Origin: Nitrospirota bacterium
Lineage (GTDB): Bacteria; Nitrospirota; UBA9217
DNA length: 64,000 bases
Assembly (NCBI GenBank): GCA_963754875.1
Contig: CAVWHO010000005.1
Span: forward strand, 68,167-132,166
Direction: 5' to 3'
The translations under genes and the position numbers were made by a program. The notes under the pieces are model-generated. The model had not been told where the DNA came from and did not search any database. It worked only from the letters and a program-made list of their open reading frames with translations. Below, in pieces: positions 9,737-21,248 of the stretch (the stretch's first letter is position 1; every line of letters starts with the position of its first letter).

Positions 9737-10618
9737 ATGGCAACGATATCAGCAAGTGCAGTGAAGGACTTGAGAGAAAAAACCGGCGTCGGCATGATGG
9801 AGGCAAAAAAAGCCCTGGAAGAAGCTGGCGGCGATTTTGAGAAAGCAGTCGACATCCTGAGAAAGAAAGGGCTGTCCGCTGCGGCAAAGAAAGCCACCCG
9901 CGTTGCATCCGAGGGAATGATCGCCTCCTTCCTTGAAAGAAGCAACAAGGTCGCGGTCCTCATTGAAGTCAACAGCGAGACCGATTTCGTGGCAAAGAAC
10001 GCAGATTTTCAAAGCTTCGCAAAGGGGCTGGCCGAGCTCGTGGCCGTTCAAAAGCCTACGGATGTTACTGCGCTTTCACAGCTCACGATAGCGGGCGAGA
10101 ACGTTGAAGCCAAACGAAATGCACTCGTGCAGAAGATCGGCGAAAACATCGCGGTTCGCCGCTTTGTGCGGTACGAGACCCCGGGCCGTATTGCGATGTA
10201 TCTCCACGGCAGCCGTATCGGCGTCATGGTCGACTATACCGGCGACGAGCAGCTCGGCAAGGACCTGGCAATGCACATAGCCGCGGCCAATCCTCAGTTC
10301 CTCAACCGCGAGACAGTTCCCGCAGACTCTCTGCAGCGTGAACGCGAAGTGTACGAGGCCCAGGCCAAGGAATCCGGCAAGCCTGCGGCAGTTATCGGCA
10401 AGATTGTGGAAGGCAAGCTCGAAAAATTTTACACCGATACCTGCCTCATGGACCAGGTCTACATCAAGGACCCTGACGGCAAGCTGAAGATCAAGGACCT
10501 CTTGAAGAAGGCCGGTGCAAACGTGGCTGTCAGCCGATTTGTCCGATATCAGCTCGGCGAAGGGATCGAGAAGAAGAAGGAAAACTTTGCTGAGGAAGTA
10601 GCAGCACAGCTGAAGTAA
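9737..10618 (+). CDS. tsf: Elongation factor Ts
   Basis: VKDLREKTGVGMMEAKKAL, EVNSETDFVAKN, KIGENI, ENFAEEVAAQL. Confidence 0.98.
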   Translation: MATISASAVKDLREKTGVGMMEAKKALEEAGGDFEKAVDILRKKGLSAAAKKATRVASEGMIASFLERSNKVAVLIEVNSETDFVAKNADFQSFAKGLAELVAVQKPTDVTALSQLTIAGENVEAKRNALVQKIGENIAVRRFVRYETPGRIAMYLHGSRIGVMVDYTGDEQLGKDLAMHIAAANPQFLNRETVPADSLQREREVYEAQAKESGKPAAVIGKIVEGKLEKFYTDTCLMDQVYIKDPDGKLKIKDLLKKAGANVAVSRFVRYQLGEGIEKKKENFAEEVAAQLK

Positions 10619-10742
10619 AACCGGTTATTCGATCGCATATCCAATCACATTGAACCGTTAGGACGCGAAGAAGGGTAAAAGATTTTCTTTGCATTCTTCG
10701 CGTCTTAGCGCTAAACTCTTTTTCAGTCGTTCCACAATTTAA

Positions 10743-12048
<1,306 letters not shown>

Positions 12049-12077
12049 GCAAAATTTCTCTCGAAAAAAGCTCTATT

Positions 12078-12104
12078 GCCCTCGATCTTTTTCGGGGGCT
12101 TTTT
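12078..12104 (+). terminator. Intrinsic terminator after frr
   Basis: GCCCTCGA...TCGGGGGC stem followed by TTTTT. Confidence 0.55.
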
Positions 12105-12301
12105 GCTGCCTAAAGCCTTCTGTCTGTTCATTCCGCGGAAAGCGGCTCCTGCCTTAATTCAAAGTTTGCTGCCATAGCATCGACTGCTTTCAATCGATTT
12201 ATAAGGAAATTTAATGGATCTTTACCTGATTTTTTCTTGACAAAGAACGAGAGTTCCTGTAGATTTTTCGTGTCTTTCAATCGACTGTTAGGAGCGTATA
12301 T

Positions 12302-12982
12302 ATGAAAGAGGGCCCGTTACTTCTTCCGGAAATTCATGGTATACCTGACCATGTTACGTATACCTGGCTTGCGATGGCTATTCTCATCGGTCTTTCACTG
12401 GCGGCGCGCTTCAGGCTGAAAAAGACCGCGCCGACGGGCCTGCAGAACTTTCTGGAGACCATTGTCGGCGGCCTCGAGAACTTCGTTATAGATACCATGG
12501 GTCCCGAAGGCAGGGATTACCTCCCGCTCATCGGCTCCTTGTTCCTCTTCATCCTCGTCTGTAATCTGCAAGGCCTCGTCCCCGGGTTCGATTCTCCAAC
12601 TGCCAATCTCAACACAACACTGGCACTTGCACTCGTGGCCTTTACAATGACCCACTACATCGGGATAACGAGACATGGCATCGGATACGTTAAGCACTTC
12701 CTGGGCCCGATCTGGGTGCTCGCACCACTGATGCTCCCCATAGAACTCATAAGCCACTTTGCGCGAGTTATTTCGCTCTCGTTCCGTTTATTCGGCAACA
12801 TGATCGCGAAACACAAATTGCTTCTCGTCCTCGCACTCCTGGCGCCCTACATCGCTCCCGTACCGATCCTGGGACTCGGCCTCCTCGTCTCCTTCGTCCA
12901 GGCCGGTGTGTTTACGCTTTTAACCATGCTCTACCTTTCCGGGTCCATTGAAGCAGCACATCTCGGCGGAGAGCACCACTAA
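12302..12982 (+). CDS. atpB: F0F1 ATP synthase subunit a
   Basis: QNFLE, PTANLNTT, IELISHFARVISLSFRLFGN (conserved Arg), VQAGVFTLLTMLY. Confidence 0.96.
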   Translation: MKEGPLLLPEIHGIPDHVTYTWLAMAILIGLSLAARFRLKKTAPTGLQNFLETIVGGLENFVIDTMGPEGRDYLPLIGSLFLFILVCNLQGLVPGFDSPTANLNTTLALALVAFTMTHYIGITRHGIGYVKHFLGPIWVLAPLMLPIELISHFARVISLSFRLFGNMIAKHKLLLVLALLAPYIAPVPILGLGLLVSFVQAGVFTLLTMLYLSGSIEAAHLGGEHH

Positions 12983-13109
12983 ATTATTACCTATAAATAA
13001 ATTGACCCCGGGTGACGGCACTTCCTCCGATTGGAGGAGTTCCCGGGAGGTAACGCCCCGGCACGATTCCGGACCGCAGTTCATTCTTCAGAAGAAAGGA
13101 GGGCGAAAC

Positions 13110-13454
13110 GTGAAAAAATCATTCGCTATCATGCTTCTCGTTATCGGCTTGATGCTGATAACATCCGCTGCTTTTGCAGCTGAAGCGGCAGCTGCTCCTG
13201 ATGCGGCCAAGTTGTCCTTCTACGGCACTGTAGCCGCAGCTTCGGCAATCGGCATGGGTCTGGCTGCTCTGGGCACCGGAATCGGCATGGGCCTGGGTAT
13301 CGGCAGATCGACCGAAGGTATTGCCCGCAACCCCGAGGCGTCGGGAAAGATCATGACCACCATGATTGTCGGTCTGGCCCTGATCGAGTCGCTGGCCATT
13401 TACACCCTGGTCGTCGTGCTCATCCTGCTCTACGCAAAACCGTTCGGCGTGTAA
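13110..13454 (+). CDS. atpE: F0F1 ATP synthase subunit c with N-terminal signal-like extension
   Basis: GTG start after AAAGGAGG; GxGxGxG, ARNPEA loop, ALIESLAIY; leader MKKSF...SAAFAAE. Confidence 0.95.
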   Translation: MKKSFAIMLLVIGLMLITSAAFAAEAAAAPDAAKLSFYGTVAAASAIGMGLAALGTGIGMGLGIGRSTEGIARNPEASGKIMTTMIVGLALIESLAIYTLVVVLILLYAKPFGV

Positions 13455-13488
13455 TGAATCGAGCCGAGAATATCTGTCGTTAATTAAC

Positions 13489-13525
13489 AAAAAAAGAGAC
13501 GGTTCAAAAAACCGTCTCTTTTTTT
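13489..13525. terminator. Bidirectional intrinsic terminator
   Basis: AAAAAAAGAGACGGTT-caaa-AACCGTCTCTTTTTTT between convergent genes. Confidence 0.8.
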
Positions 13526-13627
13526 GTTCGCATGTCCCGTTTTAACGGAATCTAAGACACGCCCGGTGGACGATTTCGTTGTCTTACTCCCTGCGATCCA
13601 TCCTCCCCCAAGTTCGGCAAATGAGCA

Positions 13628-14074
13628 TTATGCCGCCTTTTTTTCCATTTCAGCATCCCCAAGGAGTTTTACTTCTCCACTAACTCGCGCATTACCGAGC
13701 ACCGTTGCGTTCCCGCCGACTTGGGCTCTATCGCTTACTTCGGCAAATCCGCTCAGAACCGCGTTTCCATATACCGCGGCAAATCCATAAATCTTAGCAT
13801 CGCCGGTCACTTTCGCGTTTCCGAAGACCCGCGCATTCCCGAAGATCTCTGCCCTGCCTGACACCTCTGCCCGATCGAAAATCCACGCATTGCCGAAGAC
13901 AAATGCTTCGCCGCTTAGTTTGCAGTGGCCGCAAATCTTGGCAAAAGGACCGACATATACACTCTCCTCGACATGCGCATGCTCGGCGACCATTCCGCCG
14001 CCGTTCGGATGGTGGTGATATTTTATACCGTCGATCTCCACAACCGGTTCCGTCGTCAATACCTTGATGTCCAT
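13628..14074 (-). CDS. Hexapeptide-repeat (left-handed beta-helix-like) protein
   Basis: Tandem 6-residue repeats (GNAWIF/DRAEVS/GRAEIF/GNARVF/GNAKVT/GDAKIY); GGAGGT RBS. Confidence 0.8.
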   Translation of the reverse strand: MDIKVLTTEPVVEIDGIKYHHHPNGGGMVAEHAHVEESVYVGPFAKICGHCKLSGEAFVFGNAWIFDRAEVSGRAEIFGNARVFGNAKVTGDAKIYGFAAVYGNAVLSGFAEVSDRAQVGGNATVLGNARVSGEVKLLGDAEMEKKAA

Positions 14075-14107
14075 GCTCCACCTCCAGAGAAGGATTTTTG
14101 TGTACGC

Positions 14108-15246
14108 TAGTGTACTGCGTCATAAATAACTTGACTTATGATATGGAACTCTGTATGCTAAGCCATCATGAAAAGCGCAGCGCCCATTATTTTGTCTCCT
14201 GAGGAACAATCCAAATTGGACGTCTGGGTTCGTGGAAAAAGCTTTCCCTTGCGACTTGTACAACGTGCACTGATCATCCGAATGGCTGTGGATGGAGTAC
14301 AGAACCAAGATATTGCACAGGAGCTTGGTGTCTCCCGGCCAACCGTGCAGCTTTGGCGACAGCGGTTTCTGGCTTTTCGACTGGAGGGACTGGAAAAGGA
14401 TGCACCCCGTCCTGGTCGTATCCCCAAAATACCGGTGAAGAAGGTTCAAGCAGTCATCGAAGCCACCCTCCATACCACTCCACCCAATGCAACCCATTGG
14501 AGCACTCGCAGCATGGCCAAGGCTCAAGGGTTAAGCGAAGCCACAATACGCCGTATATGGAAGCAACACGACTTAAAGCCTCATTTGATCAAAACCTTCA
14601 AGGTCAGCCGCGACAAAAACTTCGTCGAGAAACTGTACGACGTTGTTGGGCTCTATCTCAATCCTCCGGACAAGTCCCTCGTGCTCTGTGTCGACGAGAA
14701 GAGTCAAATCCAAGCACTCGACCGGACGCAGCCGGGGTTGCCGTTGAAAAAGGGCCGTTGTGGGACCATGACGCACGATTACAAACGAAACGGCACAACA
14801 ACATTATTTGCAGCCCTCAGCATGCTCGACGGTACGATTATCGGCGACTGCCTGCCGCGCCATCGGCATCAAGAATTTATCCGCTTCCTCAAGAAAATAG
14901 ATGGAGAGACCCCGATCGGTCTCGACCTGCACTTGATCGTAGACAATTACGGGACCCACAAGCATCCCAGCGTAAAAACCTGGCTCAAGCGGCATCCACG
15001 GTTCCATTTGCACTTTATCCCGACCTCGAGCTCTTGGCTGAACATGGTCGAGCGGTGGTTCCGAGAAATTACCGACAAGCGGATACGTCGTGGCACGTTT
15101 CGGAACGTGCCAGCATTAATCGACGCTATCAAAAACTATATCGATAATCACAACCAAAATCCGCAGGTGTTTGTATGGACTGCACCTGTGGAACAGATTT
15201 TGTCCAAGGTCGCCAAAAGTAAAGAAGCGTTGGACGCACTACACTA
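14108..15246 (+). mobile_element. IS630-family insertion sequence
   Basis: Terminal IRs TAGTGTACTGCGTC / TAGTGTAGTGCGTC (reverse complement), TA duplication within CTAG at both ends. Confidence 0.92.
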
Positions 15247-15247
15247 G
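14168..15247 (+). CDS. IS630 transposase
   Basis: N-terminal HTH, LCVDEKSQIQALDR, LIVDNYGTHK, SSWLNMVERWF (DDE). Confidence 0.95.
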   Translation: MKSAAPIILSPEEQSKLDVWVRGKSFPLRLVQRALIIRMAVDGVQNQDIAQELGVSRPTVQLWRQRFLAFRLEGLEKDAPRPGRIPKIPVKKVQAVIEATLHTTPPNATHWSTRSMAKAQGLSEATIRRIWKQHDLKPHLIKTFKVSRDKNFVEKLYDVVGLYLNPPDKSLVLCVDEKSQIQALDRTQPGLPLKKGRCGTMTHDYKRNGTTTLFAALSMLDGTIIGDCLPRHRHQEFIRFLKKIDGETPIGLDLHLIVDNYGTHKHPSVKTWLKRHPRFHLHFIPTSSSWLNMVERWFREITDKRIRRGTFRNVPALIDAIKNYIDNHNQNPQVFVWTAPVEQILSKVAKSKEALDALH

Positions 15248-15552
15248 TTGCCTGAGTAATGCTGTGCTCTTTTTTTGCCATAAAGTTACAATTTTACACT
15301 CGTTAAAGCATAGCGAACACCATTAATTTTGTCAAATGACGACCCTTCGATACCAAATCAAATAGGTGGTTGATTTTCCCCCCCCCACCCTTATTGCGAC
15401 CTTAAAATCATCACATGTTTACAATCCATTAGAAAGGAGCGACGGTGCGACATATATGACATTGCTTCACCTAAATTTCCTTTTGATTAATCGCGCAATT
15501 TGTTATAATAAGCGGCTGGTAAACACCCTCTTAACAAGGAGTACACAACATA

Positions 15553-16963
15553 ATGAGTAACACGAGCAATGTACGGGTTCGCTTTGCACCCAGCCCCACC
15601 GGCGCGCTTCACATAGGCGGCGTCCGGACGGCGCTCTTTAACTGGCTTTTTGCACGTCATTACAAAGGAAAGTTCATTCTGAGGATCGAAGACACGGACC
15701 AGACGAGGTCCACTGATGAATCGATCAAGATCATCTTGGACGGCATGAAATGGCTCGGCCTTGACTGGGATGAAGGCCCGTTCCGGCAGACCGAGCGCAT
15801 GGACATCTACCGTGCTCACGTCGACAAGTTACTGAAAGAGGGCAAGGCATACTATTGCTACTGCACTCCTGATGAACTCGAAGCGCGTAGAAAAGTGGCC
15901 TTGGCAGCGGGCAGGCCGCCCAAGTACGACCGGAAATGCCGCTCGCTATCGTCGCCGGTCCCCGGCAGGACCCCGGCCGTCCGTTTTCTCTCGTCGGACG
16001 AAGGCCAAACTATCGTGCGGGACCTGATCCGCGGAGCAGTGACGTTTGAGAACCAGCAGCTCGACGACCTGATCATCCAGCGCTCCGACGGTTTTCCGAC
16101 CTACAATTTCGCTGTTGTCGTAGACGATGTTACCATGAAGATTTCTCACGTAGTCCGCGGCGACGACCATCTGAATAATACGCCGCGCCAGATTCAGCTC
16201 TATCAGGCTCTGGGATATGATCCGCCGGAGTTTGCCCATCTGCCGATGATCCTCGGGTCGGACAAGACCAAGCTTTCCAAACGTCACGGAGCAACGGCCG
16301 TTACCGAATACATCGACCTCGGTTATCTGCCCGAAGCGCTGGTGAACTATCTCGCACGCCTCGGCTGGTCTCATGGCGACCAGGAAATTTTCTCAAGCCC
16401 AGGAACTCATCGATAAATTCTCGCTCGATACCGTTGGCAAAGCCCCGTCCGTCTTTAACCCCGAGAAACTCCTGTGGCTGAACCATCACTATATTCAGCA
16501 GGCGGACCACGGCAGGCTTGCAGGCCTGGTTCTCGACCTGTTAAAGAAGGACGGGGTCCTGAAGACGGAACCTGATATCGAGTGGTTCAAGAAACTCATA
16601 GCGATCCTGACTGAACGGAGTCACACACTCGTTGAGATGAAGACGGGAGCGCTGCCATTTATCGTTGACGAGATCACGATAGACGAGAAAGCGAAAGCCA
16701 AGCAGTTGACGGCCGATGTTGCCCCCCTCCTTACGGAATTGACAAGCCGGCTGAAGCCAATCGAGCCTTTTACACACGGGGAAGTGGAAAAGGTCTTCAA
16801 CGCCCTGGTTGCCGAGAAAAATATCAAGCTGGGCAAACTCGCCCAGCCGGTACGCGTGGCGCTCACCGGCGGCACCGTCAGCCCGGGAATCTTTGAGGTA
16901 ATCGAAGTGATGGGAAAAGACAAGGTGATCAAGCGGATTGAAGCAGCAGTGAAGCTTATTTAG
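15553..16963 (+). CDS. gltX: Glutamate--tRNA ligase (apparent +1 frameshift near 16395, probably sequence error)
   Basis: [18 protein letters not shown]-terminal half ([11 protein letters not shown]...[12 protein letters not shown]) continues in another frame; removing one A in TCAAGCC restores [13 protein letters not shown]. Confidence 0.93.
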
Positions 16964-17063
16964 GCCCTAGAGATACAACCGTTAGACTGTGCCATCACCA
17001 TTGTGTAACGGGGATGAAAGCAATTCAACGTTTGAATGTTGCGGTACTATAAGGAGCTGTTCC

Positions 17064-17471
17064 GTGGGCCTTATTAAATGGAATGAATTTTATGCGGTCA
17101 ATATAAAGGAAATCGACAATCAACACAAGAAACTCATCGAGCTTATAAACCAGATGTATAACGCCATGAGAGCCGGCAAAGGCAAAGAGGCCCTGAGCAC
17201 GGTATTGACTGAGTTGGTTGATTACACGGTCTATCATTTTGAGACCGAAGAACAGATGTTTCTCCAATACGGCTATGCGGAGTACGAAGCACACAAGATC
17301 ATTCACGATGACCTGACCAGGCGGGCGAAGGAGCTCAAGGACCAGTTAGACCGCGGAAATAATCTGATCACCATGGATGTAATGCTTTTTCTGAGCAACT
17401 GGCTGAACGTCCATATTCTCGAGGTAGACAAGAAGTACAGCCCCTACCTGAGCAGCAAGGGAATCAAGTAA
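17064..17471 (+). CDS. Bacteriohemerythrin
   Basis: W...IDNQHKKL, YTVYHFETEE, HKIIHDD, WLNVHILEVDKKY di-iron motifs; GTG start after AAGGAG. Confidence 0.93.
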   Translation: MGLIKWNEFYAVNIKEIDNQHKKLIELINQMYNAMRAGKGKEALSTVLTELVDYTVYHFETEEQMFLQYGYAEYEAHKIIHDDLTRRAKELKDQLDRGNNLITMDVMLFLSNWLNVHILEVDKKYSPYLSSKGIK

Positions 17472-17564
17472 CCTCCGAACGCATGATCACCTGTAGCGGC
17501 CAAGGAAAACGATCTCGGATTCTTTCCGGGCCATTGCCCTTAGATTTATGTTCTCGGTAACCGT

Positions 17565-18057
17565 GTGAACTCATTTGATAGCCAACACTGCATTGAAACA
17601 AAAGCCCTCCTCACCGGAGCCGTCAACCAGTACTCCTGCGAACTGCTTCATCTCGATGACAGCCTCGGAATTTTGCGATATATCATTGACAAAGAATATT
17701 ATATAAGCGGCATGCGATTACTGCCAGGCGACGTGACCATTGCGCTCTACTGGACTGACAGACCGTACACGTTATATATATGGCAGATACAGCGGAGCGC
17801 TAATGTTGCATATTACTTTAACATCGCCGACAGCATTTCCCTCTTCCCAGGACGAATTTCGCTGGCGCGATCTCGCCGTCGATATTCTTATCGACTCGGC
17901 AGGAATTGTTCACATCCTTGATGAAGACGAGCTCCCTGCTGATTTACCCGCTGAACTGCAAAATTATATCTTTGCCGCGACGACGCATGTCCTGACAGGC
18001 TATAGGGACATTATTGTCGAAGCGAAATCTCTTCTGAAAAAGCACGTCTCGCAATAA
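17565..18057 (+). CDS. DUF402-like protein (apparent frameshift near 17844)
   Basis: YWTDRPY..Y...YYFNIAD joined to WRDLAVDILI...ILDEDEL after removing one T. Confidence 0.7.
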
Positions 18058-18137
18058 TGATGAATGAACGTAGCGACTTCTTCTGTCAAAAAGCCTTTCC
18101 CGTTGTCAATCCGCTTTTTTTACGTTATACTTGATTC

Positions 18138-18393
18138 GTGCGACTCGATCTGTTCTTGAAAGCAAGCCACCTCGTTAAGCGCAGGACTGTTGCACGCGAG
18201 ATGTGTGATGCGGGCAGAGTTCTGGTAAATGGGCACGAAGCAAAACCTTCCAAAGAACTGAAGCAGGGCGATCGCGTCACCCTGCAGTTTACGACGAAGA
18301 GCATCGAATTGGAGGTTATCGCTCTGCCTGACCGGAAATCAATGCAGAAAGCGGATGTATCAGACCATTACCGCGTTATTGCGGAAAAAATGA
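18138..18393 (+). CDS. RNA-binding S4 domain protein (YabO/Hsp15-like)
   Basis: MRLDLFLKASHLVKRRTVAREMCDAGRVLVNG..AKPS; the ORF reads to 18614 overlapping pdxA, but one fewer A in the 18385-18390 run gives TGA at 18391 and a typical length. Confidence 0.85.
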
Positions 18394-18414
18394 GTTACCA
18401 CGAAGATCGGAAGT

Positions 18415-19434
18415 ATGGACAAAAAACCTCTTATAGTCGTCACGATGGGCGACCCTGCGGGAATCGGCCCCGAGATCATCGCCAAGGTTATCGACAGCGA
18501 CGAGCTGTTTTCTCTCTGCCGGCCCGTCGTGGTCGGCGACGCAGGCGTCATGAAGAAAATAATCGAGGAGATGCATCTCTCAGTGGCGGTCAGAAGCGTT
18601 TCATCGCTCGTTGACGCTGATCCTTCCCCCGCCAAGCTTGACGTCCTCGACCTCAAACTGGTCGATCCGGTCGTCCATAAATGGGGGACCCCCGACAAGT
18701 CATCAGGCAACGCGGTCGTGGGGTACATTAAGAAGGCTGTTGAGCTCTGCATGGGGCACGAGGCGGATGCCATGGTGACCGCGCCTATCAGCAAGGAGAT
18801 GATGAACGCAGCCGGACATCATTACGCAGGGCACACCGAACTTCTCGCCGACCTGACGAAGACTCGCGAATACGGAATGATGTTCGTCGGCGGCGGTCTT
18901 CGCGTTATCCTTGCGACAATCCACGTGGCGCTCAAGGATGTGCCGCGCCATATTACGACTCCTGGTGTGCTGAAGACCTTGCGGCTCGCGCACAAGGCCA
19001 TGCGATACTTCGGTTTCGACACGCCTCGTATCGGCGTTGCTGCACTCAATCCGCATGCCGGTGAAGGCAGGCTCTTCGGCTCAGAAGAGTGGGACGTGAT
19101 CCTGCCCGCCGTGATCAAAGCGCGTGATGAGGGGATACACGCGAGCGATCCCCTGCCTGCGGACACCTTATTCTACAAGGCAAGGAATAATTATTATGAT
19201 ATCGTCGTTGCCATGTACCATGACCAGGGTCTTGCGCCGCTCAAGATGCTCGCCTTCGGCAACGCGGTGAACGTGACGGTCGGCCTGCCCATAATCCGAA
19301 CGTCAGTTGATCACGGCACTGCCTATGATATAGCGGGTAAGGGCTGTGCTGACCCTGCGAGCCTGCTGGAAGCGGTCAAACTCGCGTCCAAAATGGCAGC
19401 TCATCAACGAACCGAATCTAAGGAGCGCACTTGA
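18415..19434 (+). CDS. pdxA: 4-hydroxythreonine-4-phosphate dehydrogenase family
   Basis: TMGDPAGIGPE, GHTELLA, LNPHAGE, AMYHDQGL, RTSVDHGTAYDIAG. Confidence 0.95.
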   Translation: MDKKPLIVVTMGDPAGIGPEIIAKVIDSDELFSLCRPVVVGDAGVMKKIIEEMHLSVAVRSVSSLVDADPSPAKLDVLDLKLVDPVVHKWGTPDKSSGNAVVGYIKKAVELCMGHEADAMVTAPISKEMMNAAGHHYAGHTELLADLTKTREYGMMFVGGGLRVILATIHVALKDVPRHITTPGVLKTLRLAHKAMRYFGFDTPRIGVAALNPHAGEGRLFGSEEWDVILPAVIKARDEGIHASDPLPADTLFYKARNNYYDIVVAMYHDQGLAPLKMLAFGNAVNVTVGLPIIRTSVDHGTAYDIAGKGCADPASLLEAVKLASKMAAHQRTESKERT

Positions 19435-20498
19435 CCAACCAACAGCCCTTCATGAGCCGCTCCACCCTTTTTGCAGTTGCCTTCTTCGGCGTCTTTCTCT
19501 TCCTCCTGTACCAGATGCTGCGCTTGCTTGCGCCATTCGGGTCGGCCCTGCTTTTAGCGGCCATGATCACCATTGCCCTGCACCCTATCCACGGCTGGTT
19601 GGTAAAACATCTAAAAGGACGAAAAAAACTTTCTGCCCTTATCATGACTTTTTTCGTCATCTTACTCGTTATCGGCCCGGCAATCACTTTGTTCGGCGTT
19701 CTTACAACACAGGCTATCGATGTGTACCAGGGAATCACGGGCGGCATACAGTCCGGTAAATTTCCCGAAGCCTGGACCGTGATTATTGACCGCTTCTCGC
19801 GCAGGATTACAGAGTACCCCTTCTTGTCCACAGTCGATATTAAAGATTTTTTGCTCAAAAGTCTGGGTGATGTTTCATCCGGTCTTGCATCGCAGCTCGG
19901 GTCTCTGCTTAAAAATACCTTCATTTTGGCCGTTGATCTCATGGTCATGTTGATCGCTCTTTTTTTCTTCTTCGTGAACGGAGAGAGCTACTATCATTCC
20001 CTCATTGACATGCTGCCCTTCTCCTCCGAGCATAAAAAAGCCATTGCTGAAAAAGTTCATGACACCTTCGTTGCGGTAATAAACGGCGTATTCCTCATTG
20101 CTCTCGTACAAGGCGTTTTAACCGGCGTCGGATTCGCTTTATTCGGCCTGCCCGTTCCTGTCTTCTGGGGGAGTCTTGCAGCTATCGTCGCACTCTTTCC
20201 GGTCGGAGGCGCTGCTCTCGTCTGGTTTCCCGGAGTTTTGTTCCTGTATCTGAAGGGGTCTGTCATGCGAAGCATCCTTCTCTTGTTTTGGGGGCTTGTC
20301 TTTGTCACGTTGCCGGACAACATTGTAAAACCTATCCTGATCGGCCGGAAAGCAAAGATACCGACCTTCTTTTTGTTTATCAGCATCCTGGGTGGATTAA
20401 GCGCTTACGGCGTATTTGGAATATTATTGGGGCCGATCGTCGTGACCATGCTAACCGCTTTTAGCCAAATCTATCGCGAAGAATATGCGGACAACTGA
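19431..20498 (+). CDS. AI-2E family transporter
   Basis: Multi-TM; DNIVKPILIG, GGLSAYGVFGILLGP signature. Confidence 0.92.
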   Translation: MTNQQPFMSRSTLFAVAFFGVFLFLLYQMLRLLAPFGSALLLAAMITIALHPIHGWLVKHLKGRKKLSALIMTFFVILLVIGPAITLFGVLTTQAIDVYQGITGGIQSGKFPEAWTVIIDRFSRRITEYPFLSTVDIKDFLLKSLGDVSSGLASQLGSLLKNTFILAVDLMVMLIALFFFFVNGESYYHSLIDMLPFSSEHKKAIAEKVHDTFVAVINGVFLIALVQGVLTGVGFALFGLPVPVFWGSLAAIVALFPVGGAALVWFPGVLFLYLKGSVMRSILLLFWGLVFVTLPDNIVKPILIGRKAKIPTFFLFISILGGLSAYGVFGILLGPIVVTMLTAFSQIYREEYADN

Positions 20499-20562
20499 GC
20501 CCGGCATCGCGATACGCTGCTTACAGATACTATTCTAACAATTCTTTAAAGGAGAAAGCAGC

Positions 20563-21248
20563 ATGGAAGATCTTGCAAAGTCGGATACGTGGCGCGTATT
20601 CAGGATCATGGCAGAACTCGTGGAAGGCTTTGAGGCATTGAACAACATCGGCCCTGCCGTGACCATCTTCGGGAGCGCCCGTTTGCAGCCTGGCTCTCCC
20701 TATTACAACAAGTGCCTGAAGGTCTCTGAGAGTCTGGCAAAAGACGGCTTCGCCGTAATTTCCGGCGGTGGCCCCGGCATCATGGAGGCCGCCAACAAGG
20801 GGGCACAGAATGCCGACGGCACGTCTGTAGGCCTCAATATTGAGTTGCCCAGGGAGCAAACACCGAACACCTATCAGGACGTACGGGTCGAATTCCGCTA
20901 CTTTTTCTTACGTAAGCTGATGTTCGTCAAGTATGCGGTCGCGTACGTAATCTTTCCCGGCGGTTTCGGCACGATGGATGAGTTATTCGAGGCGCTCACA
21001 CTGATCCAGACAAAGAAGATCAGGAGCTTTCCCGTTGTTCTGGTGGGCAAGGATTACTGGGAGGGGCTGATCGACTGGCTCAGGAAGACAGTGCTCGAAA
21101 TCGAACGCCATCAAACCTGAAGACATCGATCTGATGCATATCGTGGACGAGCCGGAAGAAGTTTGCGCGATCATCAACAAGCGATACAAAGACCGCATCA
21201 GCCGGAGTCCACATGGACAGGAGAGACAAAACGCGAAAAGGCGTTTAA
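20563..21248 (+). CDS. LOG family (TIGR00730-like) Rossmann-fold protein; apparent frameshifts near 21100 and 21238
   Basis: VTIFGSAR, GGGPGIMEAANKGA, FFLRKLMF, PGGFGTMDELFE; removing single As restores VLESNAIKPEDIDLMHIVD and a TAA at 21246. Confidence 0.88.
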
